From: Tubulanus polymorphus
Lineage: Eukaryota > Animalia > Nemertea
NCBI RefSeq assembly: GCF_964204645.1
Contig: NC_134025.1
Span: 27,880,299 to 27,944,298 of the forward strand
Direction: 5' to 3'
Length of the DNA: 64,000 bases
The notes below the pieces were generated by a model. The model searched no databases. It worked only from the letters and a program-made list of their open reading frames with translations, and was not told the DNA's origin. The translations under genes and the position numbers were made by a program. Below, piece by piece: positions 27,934 through 48,154 of this stretch. Position 1 is the first letter of the stretch, and each line of letters opens with the position of its first letter.

Positions 27934-29975
27934 ATGAAAGATTACAGCCATGGTGGTGTAGCTGGACTTGTGTCAAAAAAGAACAAGAAGAAGAAAAGCG
28001 ATAAATCGCCAGGGAAGATGAAGATTGAGTCAAACACAGAACTGCAGTCTTTATTCAGCGATGAGAACTTAGTCAAACAAAAGGCTGAACAGAAACAATA
28101 TGAAATTTCGGTATCAAAGGCTGCTGAAATGAAAGTGAGAAATGAAAGTGATTTGAGTTGCTATTCATTCACTGCCCCTATTGATGTTGTTAGCACCGTT
28201 ATAAACTTGTATTGTAGAAAGAGAAAAAGAAGAAAAAAGAGAATAAGATAGAAGAGGTCGCAGCGGAAGAAGGATTCTGTCCACCTACAGGATATCAGCA
28301 CATCAGTTTGCAGCAAAATCAGAAAAAGAAAAAAAGACGTTTTGAATCGACGTAAGAATCCTGGGCAGGCTGGCATGATAGCATTTTCCTAAACTTCTCC
28401 TGCCTGACGTACATTATTTATTTTAGTGGTTTAGAAGATGAGGATGGGATGTCAAAGAGGATGCGGCATTATGAAGATGAAATTGGCTCAGAAGCTGCTC
28501 GCCGAAGGTTGAAAAATAAAGACAAAACTGTTCAGAAAGTTGATCCATGCACTATATTCGTGGGTAACCTACCCATAAACTATGATAAAAAGGTACGTCG
28601 CTGTGTTCCAAAATCTAAAGTCTGGCCTTTCATGTTATATTTTTAGTCAACATTGTTTTCTATTTTTAGGATATTAAAAAGATATTTATGGAATATGGAG
28701 CTATCGATAGTTTAAGGATCAGATCTGTGGTAAGTCTGTACGATATGACAGTTATAAGTTGTTGTTCTATGTCAGAGATCATGGATTATTCCATTATTTA
28801 TCACCTAATATTTGTTAGGTTCCATCAGAAGTAAAGCTTCCAAAGAAAGCTGCCGCAATTACGTAAGTGAATAAGCGATAATAAGTTAATATCTAAATAT
28901 GCCATTTGTGGTTAAGAAATTTGTATTGTCTTATCTGTAACTGATCACATTTTAGGAAGAATTTCAAGAAGGAATGTACGTCACTTAATGCATTTGTAAA
29001 ATTCAAGACTGAAGAGTCTGCACAAGAATCGCTGAAAAGGTAACACTTCAGATCTTAATCATACCATATCCTCAGATATCATGAAGTTTTCAGTAGCGAA
29101 TTCTGTTACATGAATATGTCTTCTTCTAGTAATGGGTTGTTGGTTGATGATCATCACATACGGGTAGATCTTGTTACCAAGGCCAAAGCTGTAAGTGCAT
29201 ATTAACAGTTTCTATCTGCGTACATGTAAATTTGTTGGCTCGACATTTTGAACCAATGATTTGGCTGTTTGTTTCAAATTTCAGTTAGACCACAAACACA
29301 GTGTATTTGTAGGAAATTTACCATTAAGTGAGTAAATGTATCAAATCTTTGTGTTGTAAGCTTATGTATTTCTTTTGCTTGATGCAATCAATTTATTATT
29401 GGATCTTTACCTTTTCAGCTGCAACAAATGACGAGGTCTGGAATTTCTTTGAAGATTGCGGTACAATTACGAATGTTCGTCTTGTACGTGATAAAACATC
29501 AAATTTAGGAAAAGGATTTGGTTTCGTGACATTTGAGGTAATTTTATACCAGTTCGAGTCTTAGGAACTTCTCGGTGATATTTTTCGAGTGACTGGTCTG
29601 TTATTTATTGTTTTATAGGATGTCAGCTGTGTTGCATTAGCAATGAAACTGAATGGTGGCGAGTTAAAAGGGCGTAAATTGAGAGTCATGGCATCGGTTA
29701 AAAAACAAAAAATAGTAAAGACTGATAAAAAATCTAGAGTACCCATGAATAAGGTCAAAGGAAAACGTGGATCAAGTGCTGTTAGGTCAAAAACAGAGAA
29801 ACCGAAAAAACAATTTAGTAGACCAAGTAATGCAGCGCGTGGCAGTTTCCATAAACCTAAAGTTATCAATAAGAAGAAAAAAGACGACAAAGCGAAGAAA
29901 ATGAAGCAGTTCAGAAATAAAAAGAAGTCTCAGAAAACAAAAGGTGGTTCAAATAAAAAAGGAAAGAAGTCATAA
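27934..29975 (+). CDS. RBM34: RBM34 (Nop12-like nucleolar two-RRM protein)
   Basis: N-terminal DYSHGGVAGL; RRM1 TIFVGNLP...EYGAIDSLRIRSV...SLNAFVKFK...NGLLVDDHHIRVD; RRM2 SVFVGNLP...FEDCGTITNVRLVRDKTSNLGKGFGFVTFE; Lys-rich tail. Confidence 0.9.
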
Positions 29976-31508
29976 TGTCAATCTAATTGTTCGAATAAAA
30001 TAATTCATATTTAAGTCTGATAGTTAGTTCTAAATAATTGAGGAAATTTTCGGCAGCCAGTCTGAATATTCAATGAACAAATTTTGGGACGTAATGATGG
30101 AACCCATCTTGAATACCGATTCATTGTTCAATCCTCCTCGTATAGTGTCCAGTCTGTAATTGTAGCGTCATTTATACCATCTATGAAGAAGGGCATTGTC
30201 ATATGTCGTCCTCAGACTTAGGAAGGGACTGACCTTAGCTGGAGCTGCATCAATGTCTGTCAATGAAGTAAAAACACACAAGTTTAGTGCATCCTACGAC
30301 TAACATTTTCTAGAAGAGTGCAGTTGACCTTATCAAGAATACTTGCGCTGTAGAAGTTAAAATTATTATCTTTGAGAAAGAAGGCCCGAGGAAAAGATAT
30401 CAAACGCAATACATTTATTAAATACAATACTTTATTGTTGACCACAATAAACATGGTTTGTTACATACATACATATAAAGGAAACATGCGTAAAAATTAC
30501 CTACATTCATACTATACACTGTACACACTACAGAATGACTGCAGTACATCTGTCTATCCCTAAAATAGTCAATTACCAGTGAGCTCATATTGACTGAATG
30601 ATGTTAGTCAAAGATGAATGTTTACACAATCAAAGTACAATTAGTTCTGCAGACGACGACTGCTCAATGAGAATATCCCCATCCTCTCCTCGTATAGAAA
30701 ATTTTTACAAGGAATCAAAAAAATTGTAACTAAAAAACAAAACTTCATCAAAATTTAGAAGAAAAAAAAACATCTCGCATCACTCTAGATTCATATCCTA
30801 AATAATCTAAAAGAGCATTTGGCTTTTAATTTTGTAACAATTTACGTTAATTCACTGATTAAAAAATTCATATGTTAAATTGAATAAATGCTGTTTAACA
30901 CAAAAATCGTGTGTGATACAATGAAGCAAAGAATAAGATGCACAGGAATCTATCCTTTCAAACAATATAACCGACAGGTCTGCATTATAGGAAACTGGCC
31001 TCGTAATAAACCTGTAAATAGTTCAAAGCAAAACATTTATATACAGAACGCCCAGTACCACGCTAAGTATTGTAGCTGTCGAAACAAGCTATCAACTTAG
31101 CTGCCTTATTCAACACATCATACCAAGAAGGCAGGAGACAACAGTGATCAGTCTTGAGGTTCAACCTCAACTACGCAAACATAATCATCATTACTATCCG
31201 TATGTACTGATATAACGAGATAGAAGTGCAGTCGGGTTTCATTCAAATAATCAATTGTACAATAATCAAGGGTTTTTATTTAACAAACATGCACTGTTTT
31301 TACCTGTTATTGGTCAACACTAAAACACAATATTTTATTTACACAGTGATGATGAGCTGTACTTGTAGTACATGGAAATAAACATAAAGTCTCTTTCTTG
31401 AATAAATATCCAGTATTTTCGTGAATGAATTTGTTAAATAGTTTTGAACACACAATGACTCGTCGATGAAGAATGAATGATGAATTCCGATGTAAGAATG
31501 ATGATCCA

Positions 31509-34500
31509 TTATGTTTCTACGGGAGTTTTTTTATCCTCGTCAATATTTGATTCGTCACCAGCAGCAGCAGCAGTAGCGTCTTTACTATCAGTTTTTGATG
31601 AACTATCGTTTAATTTCGCATCCTTTTCTTCCATTTCTTCATCTTCTTCCTCGTCTTCGTTATCAGAGGTTCCTAGAAAATATGAGGTAACCGTTATCAG
31701 AAATACTATAACCCACAGATTTGACGAGTATAGGCTTAACCAAAAATTCATAGTTCTAACTGATACAAAGAAAGATAATCCAAACATTCTTCGAAGAATT
31801 CTTCCAAATCCAAAATACAGTTGACGAAACCAAGTTGTCAAATTACTAACCATGACCTATGTATGAAATGTAACTTATCCATGATTAAACTAAATATTTG
31901 CATGGAACATACCTTTCATTTTAGTCGGGGCTGCTGATCGTTTAGGTCGAGATGGTTTCATTTCGTCTAAATGCTTTTTCTGATTTTTTCCTCCTTTCTT
32001 TACGGGAGTTTCCTCTTCGCTTTCACCCTCATCGTCATCTTCTTCAGCATTTTCTTCGTAGTCAGAATCACCGGGATGACCGAACTCTTTAAAATGGGCA
32101 GGATTTTTTCTGCAATTGTAACACCCATCAGTAAATACCTCGGGATAGGGGAAAAAAAGCCATAGCATGAGAAAATGTTGATATTAGACTAAACTTACCT
32201 AAAACATTTTTTACCGTATTGACAGGATTTTCTCGGGCCGTCGTCGTCCTCATTTTCGGACGCTGAATCGGAATCTTGCTGTTGTTTTTTCGCGGCGACT
32301 TCAGCAGCTTTCGCAGCAGCGCGACGTTTACTCGGTCGTGGAATATAATCATCGAAATCTTCGTCGTCTAATTCACTATCGCTGTATCGTTTTTTACCCT
32401 TCACTGCTCGACCCGGTGGTTTACGACTAGGCGTTACTACCGCTTTTGGCCTTCCCTGTTGGAAAATACCCGATCAATCAATCTATCGGTATGAAGAAAA
32501 CCTGATACCAAGTGCTAAATTGTCCCCTTATCTTTACCAGCACAGTCTTGACATTGTTTCTTTAACATTCCATGCGATTTTTGAATTACAGCAGACCCTG
32601 CTTTATCAGGATTAGTCTAACCCCTGAACTGTTCATTGTAGCTACCCCTTTGTTCATGTGTTCAATTACTTTGGCGAATTTTGAACTTTTTGTCATCTTT
32701 CAAAACAAGGATTTATGTGTTTAAAATCTAATACAGACACCATTTGATTGCACAATCCAAATGAAGCGGGTCTTAAGTACTCTGGAATTGAATATGTCAA
32801 AAACACTGAAGTACTGAATGATGACATTACCCTTCGTCTACTTGTATCTTTAGTCGGTGTTTTGCCTCCCTTTTTGCCGCCTTTCTTGGTCGTCGGTTTT
32901 TCCCAGTCACTGGCTGAATCTTCATCCATCACAAAATCACTGTCGTCGTCGTCATCTCCCTTTTTATTCGACGGAGCTTCGTAATCTTCGTCTGATTCAC
33001 TCATTTTTTGTTCTTCATCGCTTACGTAATCATCTCCTAAATCACAATTCAATTCAATCATTAATACACTTAATTAATTAATTCTTAAGTCAAGACGGAT
33101 ATTTTCGTACGTACCATATTTCGGTTTATTTTGAGACGCTTTTCGCCCTGGTAAACGTCGAGGTGGACTATCATCATCACTCTCCTCTTCATTGTCGCTT
33201 TCATCTTTTCTTTTTCGACCTTTCACAGCGCCAGCTTTTGGACGACCTCGTCCTTTGCCTTTAGTTTTTGTCGCGCTATCATCGTCATCGCTGACATCGT
33301 GGTCCTTCGTACGAGAAGTGGGCGCTTTACGAACTTTCTTTTGTGGTATCACCTCCTCCTCTTCATCTTCAATATCATCATCACCTTCTTCCTCCTCTTC
33401 GCTTTCTTCTTTCTTTTTATCTGAAATTTCATCGACTCACGGTACATTATCAACACGTCCAAACAGCAGAGGTTTAGAAATTGATCCAATGCCTCTTTCT
33501 TATAATTCATGATTTAGTTCGATATTCCCAATTAAATAAAGTGAATTAGAAATTCAGTTTACATTTCTTCGAGTTAACCCACCTTTTTTAGCATCTGTCT
33601 TGCCTTTTTTCGCTGGACCAGAACCTCCCATCCAATCAGGGAGCTTACGTTTCTTATCCAAAGGAAGGGCAACTTCTTTTTCAGTATTTTTAGCAGCCTA
33701 TGAATGATTACATATCATGAATAAGTGGTTAGATCATCAATCTTAACAGCGTAGCTTAAGTTTTTGATAATTCACGTCTATGCCAAATACTGACTTCATT
33801 TGTTTCTTCAATGCCATCATCTTTATCTTTATTCGATTTATCCGGTTGTTTCGCAGCTTGCTTGACGTCTAAATTGGGAAGAGTGACATCACTTTTATCA
33901 GAATTACTAGCAGTCTCCTCAGCATCTGGTAAATTTATACAGCATAATTTAATTTAAAAAAAAATACACACGCTATCTATATTCATACCCGAAACTTGCA
34001 GATTACCTTTCGTTTTTTTATCTTTCATGTGGCCATTCTCTTGTGTACCATCCACTTCCCTATAAACAAAAACAAAACTTTCAATACTCCCTTCAACACT
34101 ATAATATTCACGCAAGCTAGTGATGACAGGACATACTTCTTCTCTGTGTTCGTATAAACTACTTTGAAGAAATATTGATCCGGTAATAATCCAAAAACAT
34201 CTCCGTCGCATAAATCGATAGGTACATTGATTGGCAATGTTACTTGGTCACTGGTGTTTCCTAATTTACGGAAATAACAAGGGTTCGTATGAATCTGAAA
34301 AATTGAGCAAATAGAAACAAATTTATACAAATATACAAATTTATAGAATTTTTTATATCAAACGCAACCAAGATGATCACAGGCACTTACCGGTGTTAAT
34401 TTCAATTTTCCACCTTCCTCCACTTCAAGACAAGCATGTTGTCGTGACACTTTCTTATCAGGAACCTGTAAATATCATTGTATCCTTGACTTGTTGTCAT

Positions 34501-34637
34501 TAAACTATTTCAAGTGAATCAGAGATACAACAAATACTCACTCTAAGATAGGGTCCTCTCCCGATAGTCGTTTTACCGAGAGAAACATTAATTGGTTGAT
34601 CAACACCATCAAGCGGCTTCAGTTGTACCCCAGACAT
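31509..34637 (-). CDS. APLF: APLF (aprataxin and PNKP-like factor): FHA, Ku-binding motif, acidic region, single PBZ finger
   Basis: FHA: GKTTIGRGPILEVPDKKVSRQHA...IHTNPC...DGDVFGLLPDQYFFKV. KBM: KRKLPDWM. PBZ: CQYGKKCFRKNPAHFKEFGHPGDSDY. Confidence 0.85.
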
Positions 34638-34949
34638 TTTCAATTTATAGGGCTGAAACGGTATTGAAAATTAACTTATGTTCGGCCTATAGCTATTACT
34701 ACACTTTCAAATTATCTCCTCTCAAGGTTCCTACACTTCTTGTAGTAGCTTAAACATGGTATTGGTGTATAGAAATGTGACTTGGTGTAGTGTAGGTAGT
34801 TTTCAATTGCTTTTCCTACCGCCGGTTGAAAACCACTAAAACAGGAGGGTGGGAGGTGTTTTTTACTGGAATTGACTTCTTCCCCCAAACATAGGGCTAA
34901 CAACATACAATAGGAATAAGAAAGAGCCCCACAAAGCGGCAGAAATAAC

Positions 34950-35270
34950 TGGTAGCGCCCCCTATCCGTACCCTATTCCCGATCTGATGATCGTAGTTCA
35001 CAATCTAAAACGAGTTATTTTGCACATAAGCCGAGAACTAACAATAAATCGTATCTACCTTCAGATAGACAAATTAACGATCAATTCAATCACTCGCAAA
35101 TTTTGCAGCTGAAAGAATTCAGATACAGAATATTTGGAATTTCTTCGTGAAATTTTTCTAAATCGAAGACAAAACCTAAGACGCCATTACGCCGTCTCGT
35201 TAGAGTAGCTGCCGCGAGGAGGCGCCATTTTACGGTACTCCAGAGAACTACAGGCGGCGCCACTATACGG
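34950..35270. promoter_or_regulatory. APLF/ABCC10 bidirectional promoter with CTCF-like and YY1-like motifs
   Basis: TAGCGCCCCCTA (34953), CCGCGAGGAGGCGC (35212), CGCCATTTT (35223) and ACAGGCGGCGCCA (35250), lying between the two divergent genes. Confidence 0.5.
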
Positions 35271-35620
35271 TTAGTGAGCAGGTACCAGATGACAGCTACT
35301 TACTTGTCAAAATGACTTGATTCTATCCCAAAAATCTACCAGTTTATTGGTGCGTTTGTAATTCAAGATAGCCATGAAATGTAAATCAAACGTTACATGG
35401 TAATAATTTTCATTTCATAATCATTTTGATAATGAGAGCTGATTGAACGGTTTAACTTCTTTTATTCCACTCCAAAAAGCAATTCAAATCAATTCAATTA
35501 TTTAAATATTCATTCTCATTCTGTAAATAAGGATATTGATGAAAGCCTACAATCACCATCATCGCCCTTGTTCCCTTTGTTCGTTTAAACTTATCTGTAC
35601 ATCTGTTTGCAGAATTGAAG

Positions 35621-42154
<6,534 letters not shown>

Positions 42155-43753
42155 ATAACGCACAAACTGATTTTTCATAGAGGACACATGGACTGTTTAT
42201 TGAATGATTCGTTTCTTCGTTGTGTAATTTGATTATTATTTCTCATGTTCACCACATTATGTGCTAAGGTTGTGGGATATGTGCAAAATTGTACGTACAA
42301 CTGGGGCTTTCAATAAGTTTTCCTGCCAATGTAGTAAAATTAATCCTTAGTGTAACAAAACATGCCAGTAACTTTACATCTTATGTAATTGAGAGTTTAT
42401 GCAATGCTTATTAACGACTCTCTTAAAACCCCTTCAAAATTACAATATTTTTTATATTTATTTGTTTTGCTTATTGACTTGTATGATGTAATTGATAATA
42501 CACATGTACAAGTACAATGTTTTTAGTTTTACTTTTATCTATTGCTTAAGCAGATTTTTGATCTCGTTTTAATGGTTAGTATACAACTTCATGCAACTGT
42601 CAATGTGTATCGCGATTTAAGGTTTTGTAGAATCTGTTATTTGAAATGGATTCGCAGCCCATAGCTGTAGTTTTCTTCTAGTTTTGTACTTGATTGAATA
42701 ATAAGGTGTCTTCCTTTAAAACTCAAAGAACTCTTGTTTCTCGATTGATCTCCCATCCTGTATTCGTTCATCAACAACAGTATCCAATGACTCAAAACCA
42801 AGTATGCCAACAGAGAAATGAACAGTTTTAGGTTCATATTTATTAATTTATTACCACAGCCTTCTAAAAACAATCCTTGAATTTACACCACAATCAAAAT
42901 CTTCTGTTGATGTCTTCCTAAGTACCGGTAATGATGAACTCGTGCCCACATGCATATAAAAATACATTATCATTGTTCGTAGCTCCTACTTATTTTAACA
43001 CATTCTATAATTGCACCACTTCATTTACATGTCAATAAATCACAGAAAAGAACTGTCTAATGCGAAACATTGGTAGACTAGTTAATTCTAAGTGGCAAAC
43101 TACACAATCAACTAGGAAATTTTCTGGAATCATGAGAGTTATCAATTGAACATGATAGTCAAATAAATCTCTACAAATATTACAGTACAGAACGAAGTCA
43201 ACCAGAATAACCATTGTGTATTTTACTAGTAAACGCAATAAAGGGAAATAATACTGAAAATCCAAAATTTAGAAGAAATCAAACTTAAGCAGTTCGGTGC
43301 AGTGAAAAACTAAACTTTGGTACAAATGGGTAGGGCATAATTTAACTAATTGCAGGGGCATAGAAAATATATATGTACATGATTTGACATTCAACATTCA
43401 TTTGACATTTACAATTCATTTCAACAGAGGTTTTTGGAAAAATAAAATTACGAATAAAAGGACATTAGCGGATTAAAACAACTCGGTAATTTGCTTATAA
43501 CTTTACATTCCATATATTCATAATTTAACGAGAAAATATAGGTCAAATTAATTTTTGATTGAAACATATGGCGTAGAATTTTAACACATCATTTATTAAT
43601 TTTGATTAAAAACAATAAATCGATAAATAGTGATGTAATTACATAAAACTTGCAGGATTAGTTTTAACCTGGATGCACATCTCAATTCGGCAAGACTGGT
43701 TTAAAAGGAAACACGTGTTCATGGAAGAAATGTCATCTACAACGCTGAGATCA

Positions 43754-46700
43754 TTAAAACATTTCGATTATACAATCTCTAGCTTGTCCAACTCCAACCC
43801 ATTTCACTGAAAAATTATAGATAATCATTATCAATATTTTCATCATCTATATCCGCTATACTTGATCTTGTTTACAAATATTTACCTGGTACGTTAATAA
43901 CTTTCTCAACAGTTCGTATGTAATTTTGTGCATTGACGGGTAAATCATCGAATTTACGAGCACTCTCCGTCGACGTTTTCCATCCGGGACACGTGATATA
44001 TTCAATAGTTACATCGTCGAGATCATTCTGATGAGCTACAACGAAATTCAAAAACATTCTCAATACACTGTAGCTTACTCTCTATCCATAGATAACAGTC
44101 TATCAACTCAATACCTGGAAAATCTTCAATTTTCTTTCCGTCTTTCAGATAACCAATGCCTATTTTCACTTCTTCAAATGTATCCAAGATGTCAAGTTTT
44201 AACAACGCCAAACTGAAGGATAATACAACAGGCTTCAGAGTAACGCTGCATAATTACCGAGCCAACACAATTACATCTTCTACATAGAAGATCAATAACT
44301 TACGCGGTGAAACCATTGATCATGCATGAATATCTCAACATGAATACATCCAACCAACCGCAACGCCGCTTTCGGCCTGTCGTCGTGCCATATTCATGTC
44401 CTCTTTCCTGTAATTCTCTGCCTAGATCCTTTAATAAAACATCCCAATTGTTTTAACCCTTTGGCACCCAGGAAGCTCATGATTGTACATAAAAAATCAG
44501 TTTGTCGTTGAACTTACATTAGTTAATTCAGTAGGGAAAGCACCACCCCCGACACGAGTCGTATAAGCTTTCACTACACCGTAAACATCGCCGATAACGT
44601 GAGGAGGAATACCTAAACCTGTACATACACCGCCTATACTACAAGATGACGACGTCACGAATGGATAGGTTCCTGAAATAATAATTCATGTTTCAATAGA
44701 CCGCATTAAAGTATTCCTTGGGCCGGAATTAAATATACAATGTAGTATTGAGTACGGCCTCAGAACTTACCGAAATCAATGTCTAACATAGTAGCATTTG
44801 CGCCTTCTATAAGAATGTTGGTATCTGGATTCTGAAGAACTTTGTGCATATAGCTGATAGTATCACAGACCATTGGTTTAATCAACTTCTGATATTCCTG
44901 TGCATGAAAAAATCAATGCTTAAAAAACCTACTAGCTTTTTTAAACAAAATCAGATTTTTAACAGTTCCATACCCTAAGTTTTTCGAGTTCATCTTCAGT
45001 CTTGATTTCTAGACCAGGGTACATAATTCGGTACTGATTGGCAAGTGTCAAATATCTGTAACAAAGATGAAGTATTGCTTCGAACTGTTTTTTAATACTA
45101 ATTCAATATGGATTAGGTTTAAGTAATTGCACTTACTTTTCTTTAAACGTATCGAAATCAGAAACTAAATCAATAACTCTCAATCCATTACGAGTGGCCT
45201 AGAAAGGAGATATAATCAATCATACAATTAACGGGTTCCAATTATGAGTAAATACAATACTGATATGTTATTCAAGACATTTACTTTAGATGAGTAAGTA
45301 GGGCCAATCCCTTTCTTTGTTGTACCAATACTGAAATTGAGGAAAACAACGGAACAATATAAATATTAAGTACTTACAGTGCCACTTGCATATATTTATA
45401 AATAAATCTGGTGACTTATAAGCCCGTTGAGGGCTGGGTAGTGTTGAAATGTATACATTATGTTTTGGTAAAGAAGACTTATAACTACATGTCACAATAA
45501 TAAAATAAATATACAAATATACATACATACATTAAACAGTGGTTTGTTTTAAAAGGTTCTTAGTTGTAAATGTATATCACTTACAGTTTGGATCCCCTAC
45601 CAACTTCCTGGAAACCATCTACCGCTTGATGGAAGTCAAACACTAGAAATAAACATAATGGGAAGAATTTCTTAATAATTTAAATACTTTCTAATACAAT
45701 TCAAATGAAATGTTTATCCACGTTCATAAATCACTTGACTTTAAAAAATGGGATTTTAGAATAATCAATGAACTTCTAATTCCAAATTTCTAACTGTATA
45801 TATGTATAAGTATATGTTTGAGGATTTATTGTAAAAAAGGCAGTATTGTGTAATATACAGTATTGCAGTGTGTGAATACTGTCTGTTAGTAACTTGAGTG
45901 GCAGGGAATAGTACCTACTGTCAACACATGGTCCATTTGTGATAATCAAAACATTATTCATTAGAAATACAATGAATATTAATGAAATTCATCACCATTC
46001 AAACAGTAGTTATTTCATACCATCTGTTTTCATCGTTGGTTTTTGGTATCCGCGAATGAATGATGATTTTCTCCACATTACAACTGAAATATCCAGACAT
46101 TAACGCTAAACTTACCCAAATGTGCACGGCTGGATATCATCAGTCGATTTTTAAGATCTGTCATTCCTTTGCCTTCAACTTTAGCGATTTCATCGAATAA
46201 TCCGGGCAGATGAATCACTACTCCATTACCTGAAAACAGCATCTAATCATTCATTCAACACATACAAATAGCTGTTTACTGTAAATGCGTAAATAAACAC
46301 AATCGATAAATAATCATTATGACATTGGATTCGTGTATGAATGATATTGATTAAAGTACATACCAATAACGGACATGCTTTTTGGGTTGATGACTCCACT
46401 TGGCAACAAATGGAAGTCATAAGTCATCCCATTAGCCACAACTGTATGTCCCGCATTGTTACCACCCTGAAAATTTTGTCAAATATGATTTACAATTTTC
46501 TGAAGTTATTCGAAATGAATAAATTTGTTCTATCAAGATTTGAAATGTCGTGATTCACAGAGGTAGACCAAAATAACGAGACTTTGATGATCTTTGAAGC
46601 GGCTTGATATGTCTACCGGTAACTTTTTATAATTTATTAGAAATTCTTAAGGCATAGTAGTGGTCTATAAAATCCTATCACACATGAGCGAGCAAACAGC

Positions 46701-47323
46701 CTGACCTGTAATGACAGGTTAATGTCTATCTAATAATTGGAGTCTATTCCAAATACATGTAATTTGAATCTTTACATATTCTATATAACGGAGCTCAATC
46801 CTGTTCCATAAGTTGAGAGTGTGGAGACGATGCACTTTCTATGAGTGAACCATCTCTGTTAGAGCTCGAAGACTCTCCAGGTTTAACTGACGGTGACAAG
46901 AAGAGAAGGCTCAACAACTTCACAAAACGTTCAATCTTTTGAAGACTAGGCCTACATTCCATGATTCCACCAATCATTTTAATAATTTTAATAATTTTTT
47001 GACGAAGAATAAAGATTAGTTTACTGTCTGTTTATAATAATCTAAGATCAAATGGGTCTAAAGCACTTCTTACAAGCTAACTAGTTAGAGTACGTAGATA
47101 GATGGCGCTGACCTTGAATGCAGTGCACTCGGAATTGGTGATGAAAAAAGCTTACCTGACATCGACAAATCACATCTGCTTTGGTCGCGATTAGATCGAC
47201 TAATTTACCCTTTCCTTCGTCTCCCCACTGAGCACCTAAAACAACCGTGGCACTCGCCCTCTTCTGCATTTTCGGTCTTTTACTTGCAGGAGAAAAACCG
47301 TTCGAACTGACCTCAGCCGCCAT
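43754..47323 (-). CDS. ADSS: Adenylosuccinate synthetase, 13 exons
   Basis: [84 protein letters not shown]; all exons join in frame. Confidence 0.97.
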
Positions 47324-48154
47324 ATCAACGCCGCCAACGCATGCGCGGGTGATGAAATTGTTGACTGTCGGCTGTATTAGATTGTAAGAACAAAATTGAA
47401 ATATTGTAGCGGTTATAATAATGAACATCGCTTTCCAGGGTAAAATTCGGACTACGTTCCGGTTGGCTCCGATTTCACAGCGCCGGAGTAAATAACTCAG
47501 TGCCCGGGATCAAAAAATCTCATCGCGTAGAATGGCTCTCTGGAAAATAATACACAAAAGAAATACACAGCACGGCAGACAATTCTTTCAAAATAGATCT
47601 ATTTGTATGTAGGATTTTCTTAAGAAAACCGGGCCAGAAAATCCATGATTTCATGCGGCCTGGTGCCCGCCGGCGCTGGCGTCGTTAATAAGTAATTTTC
47701 TTGACTCTCCAGGAACTCACTCCCTCCCTGAGGACCTGTTGGAGTCTTTACCCCTCAACAGATTGGCCAACTGCAGTTTGACTGGAAGAGTTCCTCCCAA
47801 GTGGACTGGGCTGCGGACGGTCATACGAGGCCATCATGGACTCGTAGTAACAGCGTTATTTTTGACATCATCAGCTAGGTATAGAGTCCATGAGTCCCAC
47901 GTAACTACCGGTAATGTAATAAACTCGAAACGTCTAGCATGACCACAAAACGCTTTGCGAAAACTTGTCTAAGTGTAATTTTCATTAAGACGCGTTTGAA
48001 TAAAAGACACCTGAGTGGTCACTGCTTTGTATTGTTTGTATGAACAGCCATGGGGTTTATTGTGACCAGTATTGTGAAAGCTTTGTCCTTGATTTCATAC
48101 TGAAAATTCTATACTGCCCGATACAGTAGCTGTGTGACTTACTAGCGAAAAACA

